Source: an uncultured Gemmatimonadaceae bacterium
GTDB taxonomy: Bacteria; Gemmatimonadota; Gemmatimonadetes; Gemmatimonadales; Gemmatimonadaceae
Assembly: GCA_963761305.1 (NCBI GenBank)
Contig: CAVXGK010000001.1
Location: 992,001 to 1,056,000 of the forward strand
Length of the DNA: 64,000 nt
Reading direction: 5' to 3'
Made by a program: the position numbers and the translations under genes. The notes beneath the pieces were generated by a model. It saw nothing but the letters and a program-made list of their open reading frames with translations. It did no database searches and was not told the DNA's origin. Shown here in pieces: positions 54,787 to 64,000 of the stretch (within the stretch, counting starts at the first letter, position 1; each line of letters opens with the position of its first letter).

Positions 54787-55668
54787 CTAACCGACGCTGC
54801 GTCGCACCAGTTCGTAGTACTCGCGATCCGCGCCGACGTCACGACGCACAGATACGACGCGATAGTCGTTCGCCAGCGCCCACTGAAAGTGCTCGCGCAC
54901 CGCGAGGCGCCATCGCCGCGCCGTCGCCGGCGACAGTCGAGTCAACCCAAGAATGTCCGAGGGGACTTCGATCAACACCGCGTCCGGGTGGCGATCGCCG
55001 GGCGCAATCACGTCATCGCCCTCGCGCGGGAACGGGGAGAGGAGCGGCAGCGCGCCGTCGCCGGCCGGATGTCGCTCGACGCCGATCGGAGACGTGGGCG
55101 TGGTTACGACGAGACGATCCGTCGGCAGACCGAGGTGCAGCGGGCTCGCGGTCGTGCCGTACATGTCGGGGACGTACTCCACCACTGACGCGCCGAGCCG
55201 GTCGAAGTTGAAGTACGCGTTCTTGGCCATGAGTGGGTCGAACGACCACGAGAGGCGTCGAATCCCGAGCTTGGCCAGGGCGGACCGCTGGTACTCCTTG
55301 AGCATCCGCCCCAGCCCGAGGTTCCGAGCCGACTCGCGCACGGCGAGCATGTGCGACCAATGCGCGAGCTCACCATCGCGGACGCCGCTCACGCCGAACA
55401 CGAATCCGACGAGCGTGCCGGAGGCGTCGAACGCGCCCGCCGCGAGTCCGCCGACGTGGTCGACCACGTGCAGCAGCGTGGCCGGCACGACGTCGGCCTC
55501 GCCGAACCCCCACACCTGGCGCTGCAACTCGACGCAGTCGGCACACTCCGACATCGTGCGCAGCGGACGGATGTCGACGACCGGGCGTGCCGTCGCGTTG
55601 AGCGACGACGTCTCCGCCCCGGTGGACGATCCGGCGACGGGCACCGACAACGGCGATGAGCGGGTCAT
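54787..55668 (-). CDS. GNAT-superfamily acyltransferase (COG3375-like; possible amino-acid N-succinyl/acetyltransferase)
   Basis: ATG 55668 overlaps the upstream stop (ATGA); LQRQVWG, HWSHMLAV..RNLGLGRMLK.YQR, WSFDPL.AKNAYFN..LGA, YG..L..GLPTDRL. Confidence 0.8.
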   Translation of the reverse strand: MTRSSPLSVPVAGSSTGAETSSLNATARPVVDIRPLRTMSECADCVELQRQVWGFGEADVVPATLLHVVDHVGGLAAGAFDASGTLVGFVFGVSGVRDGELAHWSHMLAVRESARNLGLGRMLKEYQRSALAKLGIRRLSWSFDPLMAKNAYFNFDRLGASVVEYVPDMYGTTASPLHLGLPTDRLVVTTPTSPIGVERHPAGDGALPLLSPFPREGDDVIAPGDRHPDAVLIEVPSDILGLTRLSPATARRWRLAVREHFQWALANDYRVVSVRRDVGADREYYELVRRSVG

Positions 55669-57920
55669 TGACTGCTCACCGCTTCGTTGCGAAGGAAGCG
55701 GCGGAAGAACGTGTCCATGCGGCCGAAGACGTAGAGCCAGCGGCTGTGCACGAGCGTCTCGTGCGTGTCGTCCGGATTCACGATCAGCTCGTAGTACACG
55801 TTGCGCGCGCGCAGCAGGTCGACGAGACCGATCGTCTGCGAGAACTCGACGTTGCGGTCGTCGTCGTTGTGCCAGATGAGCACGGGCGACTTCCATGAAT
55901 CGATCGCCGCGATCGTCGACGACTTGAACGACACGTCGGCCGTGTCGAGCGAGTTGCCCCACAGGTGCACGCCGGCCATGTCGACGCCCGCCGCGAACAC
56001 GTCGGAGTTGCGCGCCAGCGCTTGCGACGTGAGCACGCCGCCGTACGAGAGGCCCCAGATCCCGACGTGCGAGGCGTCAACGTCGGCCCGCGTCTGCAAG
56101 TATTTTCCCGCCGCGATCACGTCGCGATACTCGGCGTTGCCGCGGCCGCCAACATTCGGCGCGGTGCGGAACGACTTCCCGTAGCCGATACCGGACCGGT
56201 AGTTCACCGACATCACGACGTAGCCCTGGCTCGCCAGCCACTCGTTCACCGCGTACGCCGTGGCGTAGAAATCCATGTAGTGGTAGCCCAGCAGCATCTG
56301 ACGGACCGGACCGCCGTGCACGAAGATGATCGCCGGCCGCTTCTCACCCGGTTTGAGATCCTTCGGCAGGAAAAGCTGGTTGTGGAACTCGAAACCGTCG
56401 TCGGCCTTGAGCACGACGGCCGTCGGCGCGACTTGCGCCGCCGTCGGGAACTCGGCGGGCAGCGTCGGGAAGATCACGCGGCGTGGGCTCGTGCCGCTCG
56501 AAGTACCGACGTCGGTCGACACGATGCCGACTCCCAGCGGCCTTGTGCCGGCCGACGTCAGTACCGCGACCTGCTTGCCCGACGAGAGCGGCGCCGGATA
56601 CATCTCGATCTCGTCGCCGGTGGTGATCTGCACGGCCGGACCGCCCGCGGTCGGCACCTTCCATAGATGTCGGCGATCGATGTCGCCGGCGTTGGTCGCG
56701 TAAAAGAGCGTGCCGCCATCGCGCGACAGCGCGGTGGTCTCGACGGCGCCTTCGCCCGGCGTGAGCTCGACCGGCGTCGTCGTGTTCCCGTCGACGGCGA
56801 CCGAGTACCAGCGGATCCACTCTTCCGGCTCCTGCTGGAAGATGACGTGCGTGCCCGCCCAGGCGATGCCGGCGATGTTCGGGAATCCCTTGTCGTTCGG
56901 CTGGTTGTGCCAGAACTCGTGCGCTTCGCAGCCGCCGGCCGGCGTCGGACACCCGGCGATGTCGGCGACCATGAGAGAAATCGTATATCCACCCGTGAAC
57001 GCGGCGCGGTACATGCCGTCGGCGCGACCTTCTCCGCCGCCTGCACCACCGGCACCGCGACCGCCGCGCCCGGCACCGCGTCCGCCGCGACCCGCTGCGC
57101 CGGGACCGCCCGGGTTGCCGAGGCTTCCGTCGCCTATTTGCGCCTGCTGACCGAACGGCAGACCCGGGCGTCGCACGAAGGCGAGGCGCTTGCCGTCCGC
57201 CGACCACGTCGGGCTCGCATCGATGTCGACGCTCGGCGCGACGTAGTGGAGCTTGCGACTCCGCACGTCGTACACGCCGATGAGGGCGTGATTGTCGCGC
57301 GCGCTGACGAACGCGAGCTTGGATCCGTCGGGCGACCAGCGGGGGTTCGCGTTGCGCCCCCATTCCTTTATATAGGGCTGCTGGTCTTTCTCGGCCGGCG
57401 CCGTGGTGCGCGGAACGACCTGATACCTATATATCTCGCCGTCGCGCGAGAACACGACCGCGTGACCATCCGGCGAGAGCGCGGGACCCGCGCCGGAGCC
57501 CAACCGCCACGTGCCGCTTCCGTTCGTGTACGCCGCCCAGATCGCGCGATCCGGTCCTTGCGGGTCGCTGCTCGGATTGGCGAGCCAGCCGACGCGATTC
57601 GGTTCGCTGCCGCGCACGAAGGTGACGAGCGATCCGTCGTCAGAAATCTCAAGCTCGGAGAGAATGACGCCGTCGTCGTCGGTGAATTTGGTGAGACGCA
57701 CCGGCTTGAAGTCCGGCGCCGCGGCCGTGTAGATGTTGCGGAGTCCCTTCTCGTACGAGATCCAGGCGATGCGGTCGGCCTTCTTCGCCGATACGAGCTC
57801 GGACGGATACGCGGGCGACAGAAACTGCCCGATCGTCGGCTTGGCTTGCGCGCCGAGCGAAACCAGCGGCGCGACGACGAGTGTCGTCGCGAACCAAGCG
57901 CGAATGTGGGACCGCCGCAT
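55665..57920 (-). CDS. S9 family (prolyl oligopeptidase / dipeptidyl aminopeptidase-like) serine peptidase, exported
   Basis: PD40-like WSPDG repeats; HGGP; nucleophile motif GLSYGG; D.NV and H positioned as the catalytic triad. Confidence 0.92.
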   Translation of the reverse strand: MRRSHIRAWFATTLVVAPLVSLGAQAKPTIGQFLSPAYPSELVSAKKADRIAWISYEKGLRNIYTAAAPDFKPVRLTKFTDDDGVILSELEISDDGSLVTFVRGSEPNRVGWLANPSSDPQGPDRAIWAAYTNGSGTWRLGSGAGPALSPDGHAVVFSRDGEIYRYQVVPRTTAPAEKDQQPYIKEWGRNANPRWSPDGSKLAFVSARDNHALIGVYDVRSRKLHYVAPSVDIDASPTWSADGKRLAFVRRPGLPFGQQAQIGDGSLGNPGGPGAAGRGGRGAGRGGRGAGGAGGGEGRADGMYRAAFTGGYTISLMVADIAGCPTPAGGCEAHEFWHNQPNDKGFPNIAGIAWAGTHVIFQQEPEEWIRWYSVAVDGNTTTPVELTPGEGAVETTALSRDGGTLFYATNAGDIDRRHLWKVPTAGGPAVQITTGDEIEMYPAPLSSGKQVAVLTSAGTRPLGVGIVSTDVGTSSGTSPRRVIFPTLPAEFPTAAQVAPTAVVLKADDGFEFHNQLFLPKDLKPGEKRPAIIFVHGGPVRQMLLGYHYMDFYATAYAVNEWLASQGYVVMSVNYRSGIGYGKSFRTAPNVGGRGNAEYRDVIAAGKYLQTRADVDASHVGIWGLSYGGVLTSQALARNSDVFAAGVDMAGVHLWGNSLDTADVSFKSSTIAAIDSWKSPVLIWHNDDDRNVEFSQTIGLVDLLRARNVYYELIVNPDDTHETLVHSRWLYVFGRMDTFFRRFLRNEAVSSQ

Positions 57921-57933
57921 CTACCCTCCCCCG

Positions 57934-59124
57934 TTAGGGAACGCGAATCAACTCGTTCTGTAATGGAACGCCGCCCTTGACCGCGACGGGCGGTGTGTGT
58001 GCGCATTTGATGACGGCCTGACCGCTGTTCGCGGAGATGCCGCACCGGCCGACGACGTCGAAGTTCATCGCGTAGGGAATGCCCTCCGACGAAAGAAACG
58101 TCGGACCGTCTGCAATCTGAAAATGGACGTGCGGCTCCGTGGAGTTCCCGGAGTTGCCGAGCAGCGCGATGACCTGCCCGCGCTTGACGTGGTCGCCGAC
58201 CTTCACGCGCAGCGATCCGGGCTGGAGGTGCGCGTACAACGCGTAGCGCCCATTCCCGATGTCGATCGCCACGTAATTTCCGCCGACGGTGACCATCGTG
58301 ATCGGCACGGCACGCGAGTTGGCGCCCGGTACGTTCTGCGGAATGCTGTCCTTGGTCGCGGCGATCACGCCGTCGGCCACGGCCATCAACTGCGTGCCGT
58401 AGGCGTAGTAATTCTCGTTCTTGGCCGGATCGCCGTGGTGCGAACTTCCCGTCGAATCGAGTTGCAGGAAGTCGATCGCGAAGCGCTGGCCGATCGCCGT
58501 GTGTCCGTCGAGGCCGAGCACGAGCCGCCGGTGGCCCGACGAGTTCGACGGTCCGTTGAACGCCGCCCACTCACCGTGAAACGGCGCCGAGATCTGCGCC
58601 AGCCCGGTGAAAACGGGAATCGTGGTGCCCTCGAGGACAACGTCACTCGAATCGGCGCCGACTCGACGCAGGGTGAGCCGGTGGCTCAGCGTCTCCGGCG
58701 GACGATTCGCATGGACGGGCATCCATATGTAGACGTACGCGCGAACGCCGGCCGGGAGCTGCAAGCGCTCCGACGTCGGCAGGCATTCGACGGCCGGCCG
58801 GTCTGTTTGCTCCTTGCGACACGTCGGCGGTGCGACGCGCCCGAACGCCGGCACGAGCGCGCTGTCGGCGATGCTGAACATGACTGCGTGACTGCTCGCG
58901 TCGAGAACGTCCACGCGACGCAAGTACATCGCCGTCGGCGTGAGATTCGTGACGTGCAGCTCGTACGACAGGAACGCGCCCGAGTCGCTCATCGCGACCG
59001 TCGGCGGCTTGGGCACGCTGAACTCGATCGACGGCGGGATCTGCGTCTGTGCCGCGGCGAGTGCCGGCGCGACGGCGCCGGCGACGACGAGCACCAACGC
59101 CGAACCGAGCCCGGCTCGGCTCAC
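57934..59124 (-). CDS. M23 family metallopeptidase, exported
   Basis: GTG 59124 overlaps the upstream stop (GTGA); AVADG.I, GNYV.I..YAHL..GS..VKVGD.V.RGQ.I..LGNSGNSTEPHVHF. Confidence 0.9.
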   Translation of the reverse strand: MSRAGLGSALVLVVAGAVAPALAAAQTQIPPSIEFSVPKPPTVAMSDSGAFLSYELHVTNLTPTAMYLRRVDVLDASSHAVMFSIADSALVPAFGRVAPPTCRKEQTDRPAVECLPTSERLQLPAGVRAYVYIWMPVHANRPPETLSHRLTLRRVGADSSDVVLEGTTIPVFTGLAQISAPFHGEWAAFNGPSNSSGHRRLVLGLDGHTAIGQRFAIDFLQLDSTGSSHHGDPAKNENYYAYGTQLMAVADGVIAATKDSIPQNVPGANSRAVPITMVTVGGNYVAIDIGNGRYALYAHLQPGSLRVKVGDHVKRGQVIALLGNSGNSTEPHVHFQIADGPTFLSSEGIPYAMNFDVVGRCGISANSGQAVIKCAHTPPVAVKGGVPLQNELIRVP

Positions 59125-60725
59125 GGTGTGCCGCCTCGACCGCCACGCCCTGCTCCGCCCCGACCGGCGCTCTTGCGATTGAGCAACGTCACGTCGCCGC
59201 CGATGCCGAACCACAGGCCGGTGACCGTGTTGTCGGGCGCAATCTCGAACTTGATGTTGATCTGTCCCGCCGGTGAGCCGGGCGGCAGCAGCCAGCGGAA
59301 GTTGTTGGCGTTCCAGAATTGAAGCGGCCCGTGCCACTCGCCTCGCGTCAGCTCGAGCTGGCCTTCGATGAGCGACACCGTCGCGTCACCGTACAAGCTG
59401 TCCGTGTACGTGCCGACGAACGCGTTGATCGGGAGCGGCGGCTTGGCGTCCTTGGGATGCTCGGTGGCCTGGGCGGCCGCGACCGAATCGGCGCGTTTCC
59501 GCTGCACGGCGTAGCGCGCGTACGATTCGGCGCTGAGATCCTTGTTCGGCAAGCCGAGCGCGCGGTCGAAGATGTAGTGCATGACGATCGCCGGCAGTTG
59601 CGCGCTTTGCATGTTGCTCAACACCGCGACGCCGACGTGCTGCTCCGGCAGCATCCCGACCGCGGCCGTCATGCCGGTTGTGTTCCCGCCGTGCTGCCAC
59701 ATGAGCTGCCCGTGATAGTCCTCGACGAACCAACCCATGCCGTACGAGCTGAAGTGCGTCACCGGAATCGTGTCGCGCGCGGCCGCGGGATCGCCGCCTC
59801 CACCACGCCCGGCCGGCGGAGCGCCAGACACGGCGAGGATTTGCGGTGAGTGTATCTCACGAAGCGCCGTGGAATTGACGAGACGCTTTCCGTTGACGAC
59901 GCCGTCGTTCAACTGAAAGCGCAGCCACTGCGCCATGTCTTTCGCATTGGAGAGAATCGCGCCAGCCGGTCCGATGTTGTCGCCGTCGAACATCGGTTCG
60001 ACGAGCGCCGTGTCGTGATCCAGCGTGTGCGGCCGGGCCACGTTCGTCGTGGCGAGGCCCTTCGACGTCGTGACCGACGACGTCATGCCGAGCGGACCGA
60101 AGATGCGCTGCGGGATGAGCGCGTCCCACGTACTGCCGGCCGCCTTTCCGGCCGCTTGGCCGGCCGCCAGGAACATCATGTTCTGATACGAATACTTGGA
60201 TCGGAACGGCGACTCCGGCTTCAGGAACCGGATCCGGTGCAGAATCTCGTCGCGATTGAAGCCCGAGCCGAGCCAGACCAGCTCACCACGCGCGATGCCG
60301 CTGCGATGCGTGAGCGCGTCGCGAAGCGTCACCTCGGCGTTCGCCTCCGGGTCGTACAGCCTGAAGCCCGGCAAGTAGTCGGCGAGATGGGTGTCCCAAT
60401 TCATCTTGCCGTCGGTGACCATCATCGCGACCAGCGTCGCGGTGAACGCCTTGGAGCTCGACCCGATCTCGAACAGCGTCTGGTCGTTCACCGGCGTGTG
60501 GTTCTGGGCCGACAGCGTGCCGAATCCCTTGGTGTAGATGACGGTGTCGTTGCGCACGATCGCCACGCTCATCCCCGGGATCTTCCAGGTCTGCACGGCT
60601 TTCGCGATGTACGCGTCGAGTCCCGCGTACGGCTCCTGTGCTCGGGCGAACGACGCCGCCCCGAGCGTGACGAACGCCGCGGCGAGAGTCGCTCTCGCCG
60701 GGCGCATGGATGGAAACGTGGTCAC
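59121..60725 (-). CDS. Serine hydrolase, class C beta-lactamase / D-aminopeptidase-like, with DUF3471-like C-terminal domain
   Basis: GTG 60725 overlaps the SusD stop (alternative ATG 60707); SxxK (SSSK), YxN (YQN) and HGG motifs; GTY...YG C-terminal domain. Confidence 0.9.
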   Translation of the reverse strand: MTTFPSMRPARATLAAAFVTLGAASFARAQEPYAGLDAYIAKAVQTWKIPGMSVAIVRNDTVIYTKGFGTLSAQNHTPVNDQTLFEIGSSSKAFTATLVAMMVTDGKMNWDTHLADYLPGFRLYDPEANAEVTLRDALTHRSGIARGELVWLGSGFNRDEILHRIRFLKPESPFRSKYSYQNMMFLAAGQAAGKAAGSTWDALIPQRIFGPLGMTSSVTTSKGLATTNVARPHTLDHDTALVEPMFDGDNIGPAGAILSNAKDMAQWLRFQLNDGVVNGKRLVNSTALREIHSPQILAVSGAPPAGRGGGGDPAAARDTIPVTHFSSYGMGWFVEDYHGQLMWQHGGNTTGMTAAVGMLPEQHVGVAVLSNMQSAQLPAIVMHYIFDRALGLPNKDLSAESYARYAVQRKRADSVAAAQATEHPKDAKPPLPINAFVGTYTDSLYGDATVSLIEGQLELTRGEWHGPLQFWNANNFRWLLPPGSPAGQINIKFEIAPDNTVTGLWFGIGGDVTLLNRKSAGRGGAGRGGRGGTP

Positions 60726-61999
60726 GGGGTTTTCGAGATGTTCGGGTTGTTGATACGCTCGACGTCGGGAAGCGGGAAGCAGGTCTCCGTTCCATACGTC
60801 GCGCCACCGGGATACGCCGTACCGGTGGCCGGGGTGAACGCCAGGTTGTATCGCCGCAGATCGCCGAGGCGATATCCCTCGAGGAAGAGCTCGCGTCGGC
60901 GCTCTTCGATGATTTGGGTCTTGAGCGTCGCGGCCGTCTGACCAGTTCCGTCGAACGCGGGAAGCCCGGTGTGCGTCGCGCGCGCCGCGTTGATCGCCGC
61001 CACCGATCCCGTGAGATCGTTCGCCGCCGCCTTTGCCTCGGCGACGATCAACTGCGCTTCGGCGTAGCGCGCGATCGGCATGACCGTTGTCAACGCCGGA
61101 TACTTGTCGGGCGTGAAGATCGGCGAGCTCGGGGCCGTGCCGGTCTTGCCTGTGTTCGTGACGGCCACGCGAGGATCCGGAGCGCCATTCACCGTGAGGC
61201 CGCGGAAGCTCGCGTCGACGGTGGCGAAGTTGCTGTTGTTGATCGTGAAGAACGAAAAGTTCTCGCGACGGATGTTGATGCCGTCGGTGGACATGTTGAC
61301 GACGAATCCGGGTTGAATCGTCGCGGCGTCTGTTCCGGCCGCGGCGACATTGCCGAGGTCGAGTTGGGCGCGCGCCCGGCCGAGCGTGGCGAAACTGACG
61401 GTCGTCGGATCCGATGCGCTCGTCGCGGCGACGATCGCCGAGTCGAAACGGGACTTGGCTTCGGCGAAGACCTGCGCCGGCTGAAGCTCCGGGCCCAGGT
61501 TGATTGCGGCGGTGCACATGCCTTCGCCCATCAGCACGAGGCTGTAGCCGGCGTACGCATAAGACTGCCCGATCAGCTTCGTCCGGTTCACGCCGGTGGG
61601 CATCTGGGCATCGGTCCAGCCCTTCAGATACCCGATCGCGGTGTCAGCCGAGCGGCGCGCCACGGAGAGTGGTGTGTAGATCGCCGGCTGTTGGTTCGCG
61701 GCGCAGGTGCCGGTCCCGTAGGACGCGCCGGTCGTCAGTGTGCGGCGGTCGTAGTCGAAGTTGGCGGCGTTGGAGATGGCGTCGGCCAACTCGTCCGTCA
61801 GGATGCCGGAGCCGACGACGTACCGAGAGAAGGCGCATTCGAAATCGCTGATCGCGCCATTGACGACGAGCTGGGCGTTGAGGGGCGTGTAGACGGTCGC
61901 CGTCGACAACGCGCCGGGGTTGGACTGTGTGAGCGTGGTGAGATCGCTGCAGGCGGCGACCGCCACCAGCGTGATGCCGAAGGCCAGTGTTCGTCGCAT
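60722..61999 (-). CDS. RagB/SusD family nutrient-uptake outer-membrane lipoprotein
   Basis: Lipobox VAAC; RYAEAQLIVAEA, ERRRELFLEG.RL.DLRR and P.P..E...NPN motifs. Confidence 0.92.
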   Translation of the reverse strand: MRRTLAFGITLVAVAACSDLTTLTQSNPGALSTATVYTPLNAQLVVNGAISDFECAFSRYVVGSGILTDELADAISNAANFDYDRRTLTTGASYGTGTCAANQQPAIYTPLSVARRSADTAIGYLKGWTDAQMPTGVNRTKLIGQSYAYAGYSLVLMGEGMCTAAINLGPELQPAQVFAEAKSRFDSAIVAATSASDPTTVSFATLGRARAQLDLGNVAAAGTDAATIQPGFVVNMSTDGINIRRENFSFFTINNSNFATVDASFRGLTVNGAPDPRVAVTNTGKTGTAPSSPIFTPDKYPALTTVMPIARYAEAQLIVAEAKAAANDLTGSVAAINAARATHTGLPAFDGTGQTAATLKTQIIEERRRELFLEGYRLGDLRRYNLAFTPATGTAYPGGATYGTETCFPLPDVERINNPNISKTP

Positions 62000-62002
62000 G
62001 GG

Positions 62003-64000
62003 TCACCAGGAGAAGTTGAAGGTCACGAGGAAACGCGTCAGCGGCGGAATCACGCCCTGATCGATCGCGGTGGGGCCGCCGTTCGTAGCCGCCGATTGCG
62101 CCGCGGCTTCGGGATCGATCCCGCCGTAGTTCGTCCACGTGTGGAGCTCGCGCGCGGCGAAGGTGATCGACGGGTTCGTGACCCGGAGGAAATGGGTCGG
62201 AATGAAGTATGTGGCCGAGAGCTCGCGCAGCTTCACGAACGACGCGTCCTCCATGAACTGGTCGACGTAGTTCCCGACCGCCGCGTTGAGCGAGGCGGCA
62301 GCGAGATACGTCGGCGAGTACTCGAGCGGGTAGTAGTTCGCGCGGCAGAGCGGCGCACCGGCCAGACCGTCGCAGCGAATCTCCTCGTTCTGATTCCACA
62401 GCTTGTTGCCCCGCCGTCCGTCGACCAGCGCGTACAGGCGCAGCGACTTGCCGATCATGAACGTGTTGCCGAGCGAAAACGTGGTCTTCGGCGTCGGCGT
62501 TCCGATGAAGACGAACGGCGCCGACGCGCAGGCGATGGCCGGCTTTCCGGCGCCTCCATCGCACAGCACGTTGGTCGCCAGGTTGGTGGTCGGATCGCGA
62601 TCGGCCGAGACGACGCGGCGCGACCAGAGCCCCCCGATCGGATAGCCCACGATGTTGTATTGTCCCGCGGCCGTGATCACGCTGGTGATGTTGCTCTTGA
62701 CCACGTCGTTGACGGTCGTGAGGTTGCCGTCGATCTCCCAATTGAAATTGCGCCGCGTGACGGCTTGCAGCCTGGCCTGCAACTCGATGCCGTCGTTGGT
62801 GACCTTGCCGAGGTTGATCAGCTGGCTTCCGGAAAACCCGGTCGACGGCGCGACCGGCTGGCTCACGATCTCGTTCTGGGTCGTCTTGTTATAGTACGTG
62901 AAATCGAGGCTCAAGCGATTGAACAGGCCGGCCTCGAACCCGAGCTCGGTCTCCGCCCCGCGTTCCGGTCGCAGATCCGGGTTGCCGAGACCGCCCGGCG
63001 TCACCGCGTTGGTGCCGTTGGGGCCGACCACCGGCGTGAACGTTTGTAGCGCCGAAAAGGCCGACGGCTGTCGCCCGGCCGCGCCGTACGCCGCGCGGAG
63101 ACGGAGCGTGTTGAATCGGTCGCTCCACTTCCAGAACGGCTCCTCGCTCACCACCCACGAGGCGCTGGCCTTGGGGTAGGTCACCCATTTGAAATCCTGG
63201 CCGAACGCGCTGTTGTTGTCTACGCGCACCGCGCCGGTGAGGAACAACCGATCGCGCCACGCGAATTCCTCCTGCGCGTAGCCGCCGATCGTCGTGTTGA
63301 TCGTCTGCGTTTGCGTCGCGGCAACCTGCGTCGCGGCAGCCGACACCGTTTCGACGCCCGACGCGGGGAAGCCCTGGCCGCCGAGGAAGCTCTGGTCGGC
63401 CTCCGAGTTGTTGTATTGACCACCGACCGACGTCGACGCAACCAGCGCGGATGTCAGTTGGGCTTTGGCGGTTCCTGAATAGTCCGCCGTAAACATCGTC
63501 GTGCGTCGCAACGTTTGACCGATGCTGCCGCCGGCCGCGGCGGGCGACAGGATCGCGGCCAACTGCGGCGGCGCGAAATGTTCGATCGCGCGGTCGTCCT
63601 GGTCGGTGTAGTCGATTCCCAACACGCCGCGCTGCGTGAACCAGCGCGTGAGCTGGTTGTTGACCGTCGTGCTCCCCGTGAACCGGTTGAGCCCCGTCGC
63701 GTTGTCGTAGAGCGTCTGGGGCACCGTGGCGGGAAAACCCGGGTAGAAACCCAGCGCCGCGCCGGGGAAGAGCAAAGAGTGTCCCGCCATGGCACCGAGC
63801 AAGGCGGAAGCACCGACATCCGCGCCCAGGTGCGTCGACATGTCGATGTAGTTGAGGCTCGTCGACACGTCGGTCGTCGTGCCGATCGGCGCGCTCAGGT
63901 TCACGTGCGCGTTGAGGTCGCGCTGCAGGTTGTTCGGCTCGACGCCGTAGTCGTTCTCGTAGCCGAGCGACGCGTAATAGCGGAGCTGATCGCCGCCACC
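62003..64000 (-). CDS. SusC/RagA family TonB-dependent outer-membrane transporter; partial, 5' end lies outside the window
   Basis: R.DNNSAFG..YPKASASW, LRLRAAYG, GNPDLRPE, EDASFVKLREL and WTNYGGIDPE; aromatic C-terminus FSW. Confidence 0.93.
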   Translation of the reverse strand, partial: GGGDQLRYYASLGYENDYGVEPNNLQRDLNAHVNLSAPIGTTTDVSTSLNYIDMSTHLGADVGASALLGAMAGHSLLFPGAALGFYPGFPATVPQTLYDNATGLNRFTGSTTVNNQLTRWFTQRGVLGIDYTDQDDRAIEHFAPPQLAAILSPAAAGGSIGQTLRRTTMFTADYSGTAKAQLTSALVASTSVGGQYNNSEADQSFLGGQGFPASGVETVSAAATQVAATQTQTINTTIGGYAQEEFAWRDRLFLTGAVRVDNNSAFGQDFKWVTYPKASASWVVSEEPFWKWSDRFNTLRLRAAYGAAGRQPSAFSALQTFTPVVGPNGTNAVTPGGLGNPDLRPERGAETELGFEAGLFNRLSLDFTYYNKTTQNEIVSQPVAPSTGFSGSQLINLGKVTNDGIELQARLQAVTRRNFNWEIDGNLTTVNDVVKSNITSVITAAGQYNIVGYPIGGLWSRRVVSADRDPTTNLATNVLCDGGAGKPAIACASAPFVFIGTPTPKTTFSLGNTFMIGKSLRLYALVDGRRGNKLWNQNEEIRCDGLAGAPLCRANYYPLEYSPTYLAAASLNAAVGNYVDQFMEDASFVKLRELSATYFIPTHFLRVTNPSITFAARELHTWTNYGGIDPEAAAQSAATNGGPTAIDQGVIPPLTRFLVTFNFSW

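Noticed and set aside
59121..60725. Calling the serine hydrolase a bona fide AmpC beta-lactamase resistance gene
   Set aside because: It has HGG in place of KTG, an extra C-terminal domain and a catabolic operon context, which fit the wider peptidase/esterase family. Activity is untested.

Overview
High-GC bacterial chromosomal window. The gene content points to Gemmatimonadota (inference): PadR/ADOP permease pairs, SusC/SusD, VPS10-like propellers, many Hanks kinases and Gly/Arg-rich loops in exported enzymes. I call 39 CDS and see no rRNA, tRNA, CRISPR array, integrase, transposase or reverse transcriptase. Four regions stand out. (1) 3.9-17.7 kb: a co-oriented locus encoding a membrane FHA protein, a receptor Ser/Thr kinase with an extracytoplasmic RCC1 propeller, three paralogous lipoproteins made only of Big_2 Ig domains (about 7, 17 and 10) and a TPR membrane protein. 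The FHA protein and the kinase share the linear motif S-[ED]-T-V-R-F-[LM]-R-P, a candidate phospho-Thr switch. (2) 18.8-19.9 kb: 1.1 kb without a recognisable gene, holding a TA-flanked, ~190-bp inverted-repeat element (MITE-like or structured RNA) followed by a degenerate 21-bp-period tract. (3) 34-48 kb: three PadR + orphan permease pairs, each with its own palindromic operator candidate, interleaved with 3-4 copies of a ~190-270-bp hairpin repeat family that has an oriented conserved core. (4) 54.8-64 kb: a tightly coupled SusC-SusD-serine hydrolase-M23-S9 peptidase-GNAT operon resembling a peptide/muropeptide utilisation locus. All calls come from reading motifs by eye; no database search was run.
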